Source of the DNA: a virus
Length of the DNA stretch: 64,000 bases
Virus record (IMG/VR): IMGVR_UViG_3300047323_000304
Coordinates: 1 to 64,000 of that record
Direction: 5' to 3' (one strand)
Of this stretch, positions 20,564 through 30,511 are shown in pieces (position 1 is the first letter of the stretch; the number at the start of each line of letters is the position of its first letter). The notes under the pieces were generated by a model, which saw nothing but the letters and a program-made list of their open reading frames with translations, had not been told where the DNA came from and did not search any database. The position numbers were made by a program, and so were the translations under genes.

Positions 20564-21355
20564 CTAGTCTTTTTTGTTTAATTGAAGTGTTCTCAATAAT
20601 TCATTAGATTCATTTATTAAAGATTGTAATTCTTTATCTTGTACTGTACTGAAGAATGGACTAATAGAATATATTTTTCTTATTTTTACTATAAACTCTA
20701 ATAATTGTTTATTTTTGAGTTGTTGAACAATTACAACATATAAAATTCTATAAACAAGCATAAATTTAGATGCTTCTATAGAATTAGTCATATTCTTGTA
20801 ATTATTAATATCATATATGAAATTATCGGGGAGTTCAGATTTATCAGCATTATATATTATATAGTCAGTTATTAAGAATAAATTATGTGATAGAGTAAAT
20901 TCCATTTCAAATCTAATTTGCATTTGTTCCATATCATAATCTTCTTCACTTATATAGATATCTGTAAGACTTGTAGTATTACTATTTTCTTTTTTTAGTT
21001 TATCTATTATTTGTAATGTTTTTTCATTCTTTTTAATAATATCGGTTGATATATTATTAAGATTAAAAGATTTTTTATATCTGTGCATTATATCATTGGA
21101 ATCACTAATTTTCATCCAATTTGATATCTCAGAAGGGAGAAACATTTTTTGTTGAACAGATTCTAATTCAAATAAATCATTTGGAGTACATTTAAAAAAA
21201 TCACATAATAAATCAATATGATACTTATCTATTTTTTCAAATGTATTATTTACATATTTACTAATAGTATTTTTATTAATCCCAGTATAGTCAGCGATAT
21301 CTTTTTGATTATATGGACATTGATCTATCAATTTATCTAAATTCATTTTAGACAT
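20564..21355 (-). CDS. XRE/Cro-C1 HTH transcriptional regulator (paralog A)
   Basis: QKDIADYTGINKNTISKYVNNT..IDLLCDFFKCTPNDLF; own promoter TTGCAT-17-TATAAT at 21404-21376. Confidence 0.85.
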   Translation of the reverse strand: MSKMNLDKLIDQCPYNQKDIADYTGINKNTISKYVNNTFEKIDKYHIDLLCDFFKCTPNDLFELESVQQKMFLPSEISNWMKISDSNDIMHRYKKSFNLNNISTDIIKKNEKTLQIIDKLKKENSNTTSLTDIYISEEDYDMEQMQIRFEMEFTLSHNLFLITDYIIYNADKSELPDNFIYDINNYKNMTNSIEASKFMLVYRILYVVIVQQLKNKQLLEFIVKIRKIYSISPFFSTVQDKELQSLINESNELLRTLQLNKKD

Positions 21356-21445
21356 AGCATAATCACCTCTTATATATTATATAATAATTATTGACTATAT
21401 GCAATAAAGGGATTTAAATTTTTACTATTGTCCCTAAAAAATATA

Positions 21446-21590
21446 TTGACAATATTTAAATTAAGGATTATTATGATTACATAAGGTAAGTTAATCCAAC
21501 TTATCCAAATGAAAATAAGGCAATAACAAAAAATGTTATCACCTAATCCCTCGTAAAGATTAGTATAGCACATGTTTAAGCCTAAATCAA
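21446..21590. promoter_or_regulatory. Rightward promoter, conserved leader and embedded antisense promoter (copy A)
   Basis: TTGACA-17-TATTAT (21446-21474, +); TTGATT-17-TATACT (21590-21562, -); homologous to 33148-33288. Confidence 0.7.
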
Positions 21591-21606
21591 GGGAGATGTG
21601 TTAAAT

Positions 21607-22110
21607 ATGGAAAACAGTATTAACAAAAATGAATATTACACAGGAATAATGATGGATGTCAGGGATGTATTTATAGGCTATGGAAGATATCTAGAAAAGA
21701 ATAGTATTAATGAACAAGGAGATATTTCTGATTACGAAAATTACCTACATAACAGAGAAGAAGAAAATTGTACAAACTATCAGTTAAATAATGATTTATC
21801 AGATAGGAATATAGAATATATAGAGTTTATATCTTGGATATTAGAACAATCTCATTTAGATGAACAATTAAATGTTATTAGACAAGAAGAATGGGATAGA
21901 TTTTGGGAATCAGAAGATAAAGACGATGAAATAGACATGGAAATTGTACAAGCTGGTGATTTCTACAAAGAATTTGAAAAGCTTGTTGGTATAGATGATT
22001 TCGATGAATGTTTTGTTCATATGAAATACATAAATGAATTGCAGAATAGCGTTAATTTAATAGTGAATATTAATGGTATTAATCAAAGATTTATTATTGA
22101 TGTACTTTAA
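21607..22110 (+). CDS. Acidic hypothetical protein
   Basis: GGGAG SD; divergent from the HTH gene. Confidence 0.6.
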   Translation: MENSINKNEYYTGIMMDVRDVFIGYGRYLEKNSINEQGDISDYENYLHNREEENCTNYQLNNDLSDRNIEYIEFISWILEQSHLDEQLNVIRQEEWDRFWESEDKDDEIDMEIVQAGDFYKEFEKLVGIDDFDECFVHMKYINELQNSVNLIVNINGINQRFIIDVL

Positions 22111-22147
22111 CAAGAGTTGTATAATGTTATTAAAGGAGTTGATATTG

Positions 22148-22366
22148 ATGGACGATAAGATTTTAGAGATACTAAAACAAATACAAGAGAATCAACAAGA
22201 AACTAATTCAAGATTAGATAGAATTGAAAAGAAACTTGATGGAGTAGTGGAACAAACTGCTGACTTAACTGAGTTTAGAATAGATATAAGTGAGAAATTG
22301 GATAAGTTAATAAATGTTACTAAGGATAATTGTTTTGAGATTTCAAATTTGAAAGTGATTAAATAA
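22148..22366 (+). CDS. Small coiled-coil protein
   Basis: AAGGAG SD; own TTGATG-17-TATAAT promoter; heptad pattern. Confidence 0.6.
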   Translation: MDDKILEILKQIQENQQETNSRLDRIEKKLDGVVEQTADLTEFRIDISEKLDKLINVTKDNCFEISNLKVIK

Positions 22367-22402
22367 TTTGATTATAACGCTGAAAGGCTTATAATATAGA
22401 TT

Positions 22403-22518
22403 GTAGGAATGATAGACATTAACAAGGTTCGAAACTTGATTTATGTTGAAAGTGAATTCGACCTCATTTCATTCCTATTTTATATAATGGTCGAAAATAA
22501 ATTATGAGAAAGGTCGAG
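22403..22518 (+). ncRNA. Putative structured cis-regulatory leader, copy 2
   Basis: P1 22403-12/22469-78, P2, GAAA junction, P3 22451-55/22464-68; loop TTCGACC pairs with GGTCGAA 22489-95 or with GGTCGA 22512-17 at the SD. Confidence 0.6.
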
Positions 22519-22524
22519 ATTGTA

Positions 22525-23742
22525 ATGTCAAAGAGAACAATATATAAATATAAAGCAGAAGATTTAATAGAGGGTAAGTACAGTAATATTAAAATTATTA
22601 AACCAATTAGAATTAAATATAATAGTGGAAGAAATGTTAAAGGGTATGAGTATAAATGCTTAAAATGTGATAATATAGATAAAATAACTGAAGCACAGAT
22701 TATTAATCAAAAATGTGGTTGTAATATGTGTTGCCCTAGTCCACAAAAAGTAGTTACAGGAATTAATGATATTGGAACTTCACATCCACATTTAATAAAG
22801 TATTTTAAAAACATTGAAGATTGTTATAAATATTCGTATCAGAGTAATGTATCTGTTCGTGTAATATGCCCTTATTGTGGACAAGAAAAAGATAGAAAAA
22901 TTTATAAATTAAATAAAGAAGGTCTTGCTTGCTCTTGCAACGATAAGGTGAGTTATCCAAATAAATTTATAACAGAATTAACAAAACAGTTAAATATAGA
23001 TTTTGAAACAGAAAAAATATTTGAGTGGTCAGGTTTAAAAAGATATGATGTCTATATATCCAACAAATATGTCATAGAAAATCATGGAATTCAACATTAT
23101 GAAGAATCTCCAAGAGGTCTTTCTTTAAAAAAAGAACAATTAAATGATAAGTTGAAGAAAGAATTAGCTTTAAATAATGGAATTAAAGAAGAAAATTATA
23201 TTGTGATAGATTGTAGAAAATCTGAATTAGAATGGATTAAAGATTCTATATTAAATAGTAGATTAGCATATTTATTTTATTTAGGTAATATTAATTGGTT
23301 AAAATGTCATGAGTTTGCACTATCTAATTTAGTACAAACCGCTTGTGAATATAAGAATAATAATATTAATATGACAATTAAAGACGTAAGTAAAATAATG
23401 GGGTTCAGTACTGATACAATCAGAAGATGGTTCAAACAAGGAAGTAAAATAAATTGGTGTCATTATGACTCTAAAGAGGAAGCTAGAAAAAGTGCAGATA
23501 ATAATAGAATTTTAAAAGAAATAATTTCAATTAATAATGGACTTATATTTGAATCTGCTAGAGAAATAGATAGACAATCAATTAAAATATTTAGAACTAA
23601 ATTGGATTATAGAAATATTTCAGCAGTTTGTAATGGAGTACAAAAAACACATAAAGGATTTCAATTTAAGTTTACACAAGATTTAACTGAAGCACAAATA
23701 AAAGATATTCAAGAAAATGCAAAATTAAATCAAGCAATGTAA
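22525..23742 (+). CDS. Zn-ribbon / PD-(D/E)XK putative homing endonuclease, paralog of 14115
   Basis: KRYDVY, ENHGIQHYEE, IKEENYIVIDCRKSELEWI, ISAVCNGVQKTHKGFQFKF. Confidence 0.7.
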   Translation: MSKRTIYKYKAEDLIEGKYSNIKIIKPIRIKYNSGRNVKGYEYKCLKCDNIDKITEAQIINQKCGCNMCCPSPQKVVTGINDIGTSHPHLIKYFKNIEDCYKYSYQSNVSVRVICPYCGQEKDRKIYKLNKEGLACSCNDKVSYPNKFITELTKQLNIDFETEKIFEWSGLKRYDVYISNKYVIENHGIQHYEESPRGLSLKKEQLNDKLKKELALNNGIKEENYIVIDCRKSELEWIKDSILNSRLAYLFYLGNINWLKCHEFALSNLVQTACEYKNNNINMTIKDVSKIMGFSTDTIRRWFKQGSKINWCHYDSKEEARKSADNNRILKEIISINNGLIFESAREIDRQSIKIFRTKLDYRNISAVCNGVQKTHKGFQFKFTQDLTEAQIKDIQENAKLNQAM

Positions 23743-23800
23743 AATTGTTGGAATAATCACCTATTATTTGTTATAATCATTCTATAAGGGGTGGTTATAC

Positions 23801-24124
23801 ATGAAAGAAAAATTACTTTTTAGTAAAAAGAAAATAATAATTTTAGGCGTTATATTTATTTTACTTATTGGTATAAATATAGGATATAATCAATGGGATC
23901 AATATAAATATAAAACAGGATTTGGGTTAACTAATACTGAAAAATCACAAAATATACAAGTTGCAATTTTAGGGCAACAATATAATATGGCTTTAAAATT
24001 ATCTGATAATTACTATGAAGATAATGATTATATTAGACTACAATGGAAAACTAAAATAGAAAAATGTAAAATAGAAGGAATAAATAAATTTATGACATAT
24101 GATAGTTTAGATGATGTGAAGTAA
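23801..24124 (+). CDS. Membrane-anchored moron protein
   Basis: N-terminal TM IIILGVIFILLIGINIG; own promoter and terminator. Confidence 0.65.
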   Translation: MKEKLLFSKKKIIILGVIFILLIGINIGYNQWDQYKYKTGFGLTNTEKSQNIQVAILGQQYNMALKLSDNYYEDNDYIRLQWKTKIEKCKIEGINKFMTYDSLDDVK

Positions 24125-24173
24125 CACTCTTTTATAGGGTGTTTTTATTATGTAAAAATAAAGGAGAGATATT

Positions 24174-24707
24174 ATGGGAATTTTAGATAAACATCAAAAA
24201 AGTGATATTAGGTATAAAAATAAAGATTTGACTTTTTTTGAACCAACAGAAGAACAATTACAAGAAGTAAGAGAAATAATTAAAAAAAATATTACTTTAC
24301 AAAAAGAATTGAAAATAAGTCAAGAATTAGATGTAAAAAGTATAAGATTAATTATTCGTGAGTTAACAAATATTGGTGCAGAAATAGATGAATATAGTGA
24401 TGAAGAGTTACTAGAAAAATTAAATAATGGCGATAGAATTTTAAAATTATTACTAAGAGAAGTTGAGAAATTTGTTAATGAAGTATTAGATGATATATTA
24501 GAAGAACAAATCGAACAAGCTAAATCTGTAAATACATTAATAAACATTGCTAATAGCAATCAAGACGTAAAAACACTAGAAATTAAAATAAATAAATTCT
24601 TTAAGAAAAATAAAATGGATATGAAATTTGAAGATTTTATGAATATGAAAGATAATCCACAAATAATGGAAAATTTAACGAAGAAACTAAATATAAAAAC
24701 CAAGTAA
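24174..24707 (+). CDS. Putative tail assembly chaperone
   Basis: 177 aa immediately upstream of the tape measure gene. Confidence 0.45.
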   Translation: MGILDKHQKSDIRYKNKDLTFFEPTEEQLQEVREIIKKNITLQKELKISQELDVKSIRLIIRELTNIGAEIDEYSDEELLEKLNNGDRILKLLLREVEKFVNEVLDDILEEQIEQAKSVNTLINIANSNQDVKTLEIKINKFFKKNKMDMKFEDFMNMKDNPQIMENLTKKLNIKTK

Positions 24708-24770
24708 AGAAGTGCCATTATAATAGGTACTTCTTTTATTTTTATATAAATGAAAGGAGATAAGATTATA

Positions 24771-27700
24771 ATGGCAGAAAATTATAAAAATTCAATATTA
24801 CTTGGGGTAAAGCTCAGACCAACATCAGAAGTACAAGCTGAATTGAACACATTAATTTCTCAATTAAACGGAAATTCTACTATAAAATTAGACATAGATA
24901 CAGGTCAAGCAAATCAATCATTAAAAGAATTTAGTAGTATGTTAAATAAAATTTCTGAGCAATTGAGAAGTGGTATAAATTTAAATGGAAATACGGATAA
25001 TGTTGATAAACAAGAACAAGCAGTAAGAAGATTGAGTTCTACTATTTCAAATATGCAAAATAAATTAAATACTGCAAGTAGTAACGGATTCATAAATGAG
25101 TCAGTATTAACTAACTTACAGAATAAATTAAATGGAATAAATACAAATACTGCCGAATCAGAAATCAAAGAATTACAAACTGCTATCAATAATTTATCTA
25201 GTACAGATTCTCAAATAGTTAGATTGCAAAATGCCATAACCAAGATGGAAACTGGTTTAACTAATATGAAAGGAAAATATGGTTCATTAGTTGGAGATAG
25301 TTCGTCAAGAACACAATTAGAGTCATATATTTCTCAAGTAGAAAAACTAAAAACAATATTAAATAGTTTACAAAATGGCGGAACTATTAGTGGGGCAAAA
25401 TTATCAAGTGAATTAAATTTAGGCACAAATGCAAATAGAGATTTAACTACTGCTGTTAGAAATAGTAGTAGTGCTTTAAAACTAGCTCAAGCTGACGCTA
25501 ACTCTTTTGGTCAAAGTATAAAAAATGCGTTATCTAATGCTGGATTATATGTTGGCACATATCAAGCTATTCAGATGATGGTTAACGCATTTAAAGATGG
25601 AGTATCTACAGTTATTCAAATGGATACGGCTCTTGGAAATTTAAATAAAGTTGTTTCTATGAGTTCTGCCCAATTAATACAAATGAGAGATAGTGCTGTC
25701 TCAATGGGACAAGAATTAGGGAGAAGTGCTATTGAAGTTGCTAATGCACAAGCGGAATTTGGAAGACTATACAAGACACAAGATGAAATAAATAGTATGA
25801 CAAAGGTATCTGTAATGGGTGCAAATGTTATGGATAATGTTTCATCAGCAGATGTTGCAAAGGGTTTAACTACAATTATAACTTCCATGAAATTAGAAGC
25901 AAAAGACTCAATGGGAATTTTAGACAGTATGAATGAAATTCAAAATAACTATAGGATTGGAGCTCATGATTTATTAAGTGCTTTGTCTGAAGTAGGTTCT
26001 ACTGCTTATACAAGTGGCACTAATTTAAAACAAGTTGAAGGATATATAACATCAATTGCAGTCGCTACTGGTAAAAGTGGTGATGAAATTGGGAATTCTT
26101 TACGTTCCATAATGGCAAGAGTTTATAAACTTGGAGCAGAAGGTTTAGAAGGAGAAGGTAAACCTGAAAAGATGTTGCATGATATGGGTGTTGAAGTAAG
26201 AGATTCCTCTGGTAATTTTAGGAATTTTTCAGCTATATTAACTGATTTAGATGTAAAATGGAAAACTATGTCAAATACTCAAAAAATAGCAACTGCCCAA
26301 GTTGTTGGCGGAATTAATAGATATAATGATTTCATGAGTCTTATGAACAACTATGGAATGGCAGTAGATTCTACAAATACAGCATTAAATTCACAAGGTT
26401 CTGCATTAAAAGAAAATGAAATTCATATGCAAACTGCGGAAGCAAAATTAGGAACATTGAAAGCGACTACCGAAGCATTCTATTTACATTTGATCAATTC
26501 AGATGCAATAAAATCTGCAATAGATGGATTAACTTTATTAGTTGGAACTTTTGGTAATTTACCTACAATTATTGGATTGACTACTTCTGCATTAGTAGCC
26601 TTTAGTGGAAAAGCAATAATAAGTGCAATTTCTAGTGTGGGAGGATATATAACTAGTTTAATTTCATTAGCTTCGACCGAAGGAATAGTAGCAACTGCCA
26701 CAGGAGAATTAACTTTAGCGATGTCTACAAATCCATTTGGATTAATTGCAATTGCTATAGCTAGTGTAACAGTAGGACTAGTGGCATTAAATCATGCTTA
26801 TGAAGAATCAACGGATTATATAGGAAAAATAAATGACGCAACAAAAGGACTTCAAGAATTAAAAACTAATGAAAATTTAGTAAAGCAATATAATGATTTA
26901 ACATCAACTATAGATAGCACAACTTCATCTGTTGAACAAGTAACTACTGCGAAAGAGAAGCTATTAGGAGTACAAAAACAATTGGCGACACAATATCCTA
27001 ATTTAATTGACGGATACACAAAAGAAGGTGACGCTTTAGTTCGAAATATAGGTTTGGTTGAAGACAAAATAACTAAAGATAAAAAAGCACTTGGTGCAGA
27101 AGCAGAAAGTAATTATGGGAAATTAATAAATCAAGTTAATAATAAACAAGTTAATAAAATGTATGATACTTCCAGAGATTCTATTTGGTATTTACCAAGC
27201 ACTTGGAAAAGTGATATTGAAGTTTATAATAATTTGTTAAAAGAATCTGAGAGTAATGAAAACGGCTTGTCTGAAAATAGAAAAAATAAATTAACTGAAT
27301 TGTCAACGAAGTTTGGAGATTTGAACAAAGCTATTGTAACAATGAAAGATAATGGACAAGATATTAGTGGTAAGCAAATGTTTGATTTTTCAACAGGAAA
27401 ATTAGTTGATGCTGTTGGTTACTTAAAAGATATTGAAAATCAATCGGTTAAAACATCTGATAAAACTAAATTAATATCAAAAGCTATGAAAGAACTAAGT
27501 TCATCAAATATAGGTCAAGAATCAATAGACGCACTAAATAAAGCTTATCCTAATCTTGGTATAAATGTGGATAATGCAAAAGAAAAAATTAAGACTCTAA
27601 ACGATGAAATTAATAATGGTAAGACAGATGGTATAGATGACCAAGCAAATGCTATATCTAAAGCAACTAAAGAATATGCTAAATCCACACAAGAAATTGC

Positions 27701-30377
27701 TAAAATGCAAGGATATCTTGATAAGATAAATAAAACTCATTCACTAACCCCAACACTTGTGGCTCAAATCAGTAAAGCGTATCCAGAACTAGCTAATCAA
27801 GTAGGAAATGTTACACAACTTGAAGAATCTTTAAAACAAAAGATGCAAGAACAAGCGGATTCACAGTTGGCTAATTATGAAATCATGATGGGGGCAGATC
27901 AAAGTTTCTATTCTGAAAAAATAAAAAACAATCAATCATTCGAGAATTCCTTAAATACATTCTTAAACTCATTTGTAACTAATAGTGAAGACGCTTATAA
28001 TATTGATACAAATAATTACAAAACACTTAATGAGTTAAAAGAAGGAATACAAGGAGATTTTGGTGAATCAATAAATAAATGGTTAAGTCAGTATGTTGAT
28101 ACATCTGCACAAGGATATTCAATTGATTTAAGTAATTTTAAAAGCTTAGCAGATGCGAAGCAAGGTATATTAAAAATACTTAAAGATGAAGTTGATAAAT
28201 TAAACCAAGCCATGGCAACTATGACTCAAAATATAGCAGATCAAGCTAAAATAGCTGATAATAAGACTGATACAACAAGTGGGTTGCAAGCGGAAAAACT
28301 TTATGGCAAAGATATAGATGCATTGCAAAGGTTGGCAGATAAACAGAAACAAGTACAAGGTGGAATTGATGATTTTAATGCTAGTTTTGATAAATTTGGA
28401 ATAGCTGAAAAAGGTCTTAGTGGGGGAAGTATTGGAAATGGTGGAACAGCATCCGGTTCATCTGGTAAGTCAAAATCCGAATCCGAAGCTGAAAAAGCAC
28501 AAAAACTTGCTGAAGAAATTGCTAAACTTAAATCTGAAATAGAACCTGATAGATATTTAGATTTCAATAATGCAGTAAAACAAGTTGATAATGAATTAAA
28601 TTTAAATAAAGGTATTAAGGATAATCTAAAAAAAGATAGCCCAGAATATCAAAGTGCTTTAGAAAAAGATATTAAATTATATCAAGATAAAACAGTTGCT
28701 TTAAATAATCTTAATGATGAACAAAAAAGAGAGAGAGATGAATTAAAAACCAAATTATCTAATCTTGGATTTGAATTTGATGCAACAGGTAAATTAATAA
28801 ATAGTCAAAAAACATTATTAGATATGCAAGAAAAAGTTAATGCTATGGGTGGAAATGATGAACCGGCAAAACAAGCTAAAGAGGATGCTATAAAAAATCT
28901 TAAAGACATCAATGATGAAACTAAGAAATATATAGAATTAGTTGGAGATAAAATTCCTAAAACTACTGAAGAATGGGAAGAACAAGCTAATGCGATTGCT
29001 AAAGTTAAAGATGAAATGAAAGAAACTTTAGCTAATTATAGAGATAAAATAGCTGGATATGAATTAGAAGAATTGCAATCTAAACAGAAAAAATCAGAAG
29101 AAGATTTAGAAAACGCTGAAAAGAAAAAGAAAAAAGCTTTAGAAGATGCTAAAAAGGCTAAAGCTGATGAATTAGATGCACAAATAAAAGCACTACAAGA
29201 CCAAATAAAAGCTTTGGATGATGAATCGGCAGATAATGAGAAAAAGTTAGCTAAACTGAAGGCCGAAAGAAATTTATGGTTAAAAGATGACAGTGTATTC
29301 TCAAAAAGTAAGATTGCAGACTTAGATACTAAGATTGCAGAAACTGAGAAAACAATTAAAAAAGATAATCTTAATAAGCAAATTGAAAAATTTCAAGATG
29401 AAAAGGATAAATCGGATAAAAATTATGATAAAAAATTATCTGATTTAGATAGTTATTATGAAAAAACAAAAGAAAAGCAAAAAAAATCTGATGATGATTC
29501 AAAGCTTGAAGAAAAAGCATATGAAAAAGCTGATAAATTATTAAAGAGTAATAATCAAAAAGAGATACTTGACCTTATGACTAAATATGGAAAGTCATAT
29601 AAAGATGTAGGCACATTATTAGGACAAAACTTTAAAGATGGTTGGATTGCACAAATTGAACAAGCTAAGAAAGAATATTCTAGTTTGATGGGAAATTTGA
29701 GTGGAACTAATAGTTCAAATTCTTCTAATTCAGATAGTGGTATAACTACAGGTAATAAAGTCAAAGTGTCAAATACATCAACTAAAATATATAGTGAATC
29801 TGATTCTAGTGGTTATTCTAAGGGAACTGCATCTGATAATTCAATAAGTAGTAGTGATTCATTTACTGTAGCAGAAACTAATAATGGAAAAGCTTTATTA
29901 GTAGGTTCAGGTGGTGGTACTGCTGGATGGGTTAATTTAAATGATATAGCTAGTTATGATACTGGTGGTAGAACGCCTGATAATGTACCAAATGAAGGTG
30001 TAGTAGGTATTTTACATAAGAAAGAAAAGATACTTAATGAGAATGAAACTAATACATTTGATAATATGAAATCACAATTAGATCAAACATTTGAATGGAT
30101 TAAATCTACTGGTAGTGTGATATCAGGTCAACTATCAAGTCAATATGGAAATATAGGAAATTACACAATGCCAAGTTTAGGAACTGATTTGAATAGTCTA
30201 ACAAATGGAGTTACGAATAATACTAGTACTGATAATAGTAATACACAATCTATAAGTATGCCAATTACTATTATAAATCAAAAAGGTGCTGAAGCAGTAA
30301 CTGAACAACAAATAGAGAAAATCATGACAAAAGTTACGAAGAAACAAGCAACTAGATATGGTGGAAGACCAAGATAA
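24771..30377 (+). CDS. Tail tape measure protein (TP901-type domain)
   Basis: 1868 aa; MDTALGNLNKV, EIGNSLRSIMARV, QVVGGINRYNDF motifs; TM-rich centre; long coiled coils; SYDTGG near the C-terminus. Confidence 0.92.
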   Translation: MAENYKNSILLGVKLRPTSEVQAELNTLISQLNGNSTIKLDIDTGQANQSLKEFSSMLNKISEQLRSGINLNGNTDNVDKQEQAVRRLSSTISNMQNKLNTASSNGFINESVLTNLQNKLNGINTNTAESEIKELQTAINNLSSTDSQIVRLQNAITKMETGLTNMKGKYGSLVGDSSSRTQLESYISQVEKLKTILNSLQNGGTISGAKLSSELNLGTNANRDLTTAVRNSSSALKLAQADANSFGQSIKNALSNAGLYVGTYQAIQMMVNAFKDGVSTVIQMDTALGNLNKVVSMSSAQLIQMRDSAVSMGQELGRSAIEVANAQAEFGRLYKTQDEINSMTKVSVMGANVMDNVSSADVAKGLTTIITSMKLEAKDSMGILDSMNEIQNNYRIGAHDLLSALSEVGSTAYTSGTNLKQVEGYITSIAVATGKSGDEIGNSLRSIMARVYKLGAEGLEGEGKPEKMLHDMGVEVRDSSGNFRNFSAILTDLDVKWKTMSNTQKIATAQVVGGINRYNDFMSLMNNYGMAVDSTNTALNSQGSALKENEIHMQTAEAKLGTLKATTEAFYLHLINSDAIKSAIDGLTLLVGTFGNLPTIIGLTTSALVAFSGKAIISAISSVGGYITSLISLASTEGIVATATGELTLAMSTNPFGLIAIAIASVTVGLVALNHAYEESTDYIGKINDATKGLQELKTNENLVKQYNDLTSTIDSTTSSVEQVTTAKEKLLGVQKQLATQYPNLIDGYTKEGDALVRNIGLVEDKITKDKKALGAEAESNYGKLINQVNNKQVNKMYDTSRDSIWYLPSTWKSDIEVYNNLLKESESNENGLSENRKNKLTELSTKFGDLNKAIVTMKDNGQDISGKQMFDFSTGKLVDAVGYLKDIENQSVKTSDKTKLISKAMKELSSSNIGQESIDALNKAYPNLGINVDNAKEKIKTLNDEINNGKTDGIDDQANAISKATKEYAKSTQEIAKMQGYLDKINKTHSLTPTLVAQISKAYPELANQVGNVTQLEESLKQKMQEQADSQLANYEIMMGADQSFYSEKIKNNQSFENSLNTFLNSFVTNSEDAYNIDTNNYKTLNELKEGIQGDFGESINKWLSQYVDTSAQGYSIDLSNFKSLADAKQGILKILKDEVDKLNQAMATMTQNIADQAKIADNKTDTTSGLQAEKLYGKDIDALQRLADKQKQVQGGIDDFNASFDKFGIAEKGLSGGSIGNGGTASGSSGKSKSESEAEKAQKLAEEIAKLKSEIEPDRYLDFNNAVKQVDNELNLNKGIKDNLKKDSPEYQSALEKDIKLYQDKTVALNNLNDEQKRERDELKTKLSNLGFEFDATGKLINSQKTLLDMQEKVNAMGGNDEPAKQAKEDAIKNLKDINDETKKYIELVGDKIPKTTEEWEEQANAIAKVKDEMKETLANYRDKIAGYELEELQSKQKKSEEDLENAEKKKKKALEDAKKAKADELDAQIKALQDQIKALDDESADNEKKLAKLKAERNLWLKDDSVFSKSKIADLDTKIAETEKTIKKDNLNKQIEKFQDEKDKSDKNYDKKLSDLDSYYEKTKEKQKKSDDDSKLEEKAYEKADKLLKSNNQKEILDLMTKYGKSYKDVGTLLGQNFKDGWIAQIEQAKKEYSSLMGNLSGTNSSNSSNSDSGITTGNKVKVSNTSTKIYSESDSSGYSKGTASDNSISSSDSFTVAETNNGKALLVGSGGGTAGWVNLNDIASYDTGGRTPDNVPNEGVVGILHKKEKILNENETNTFDNMKSQLDQTFEWIKSTGSVISGQLSSQYGNIGNYTMPSLGTDLNSLTNGVTNNTSTDNSNTQSISMPITIINQKGAEAVTEQQIEKIMTKVTKKQATRYGGRPR

Positions 30378-30511
30378 ATAAAATATAAAATTAAATAGTA
30401 AACAGTTAAAACACATGTTTTAATAAGTCTTAAATGATTTATAGGACATGTGTTTAATAGTGCTTATTTTTAGTAAATAAATTATAAATAAAGAAAGGGG
30501 TTGATTAATAC

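Noticed and set aside
21388-21573. 61-aa minus-strand ORF across the conserved leader
   Set aside because: It starts inside the predicted antisense promoter, has no SD, and no equivalent ORF is listed for copy B
22423-22438. GGTTCGAAA resembling a tRNA T-loop
   Set aside because: No cloverleaf, anticodon arm or CCA; it is the P2 loop of the leader element
24174-24770. Programmed frameshift in the tail chaperone gene (lambda G/GT type)
   Set aside because: No slippery site near the 3' end and no overlapping extension frame; a terminator-like hairpin follows directly
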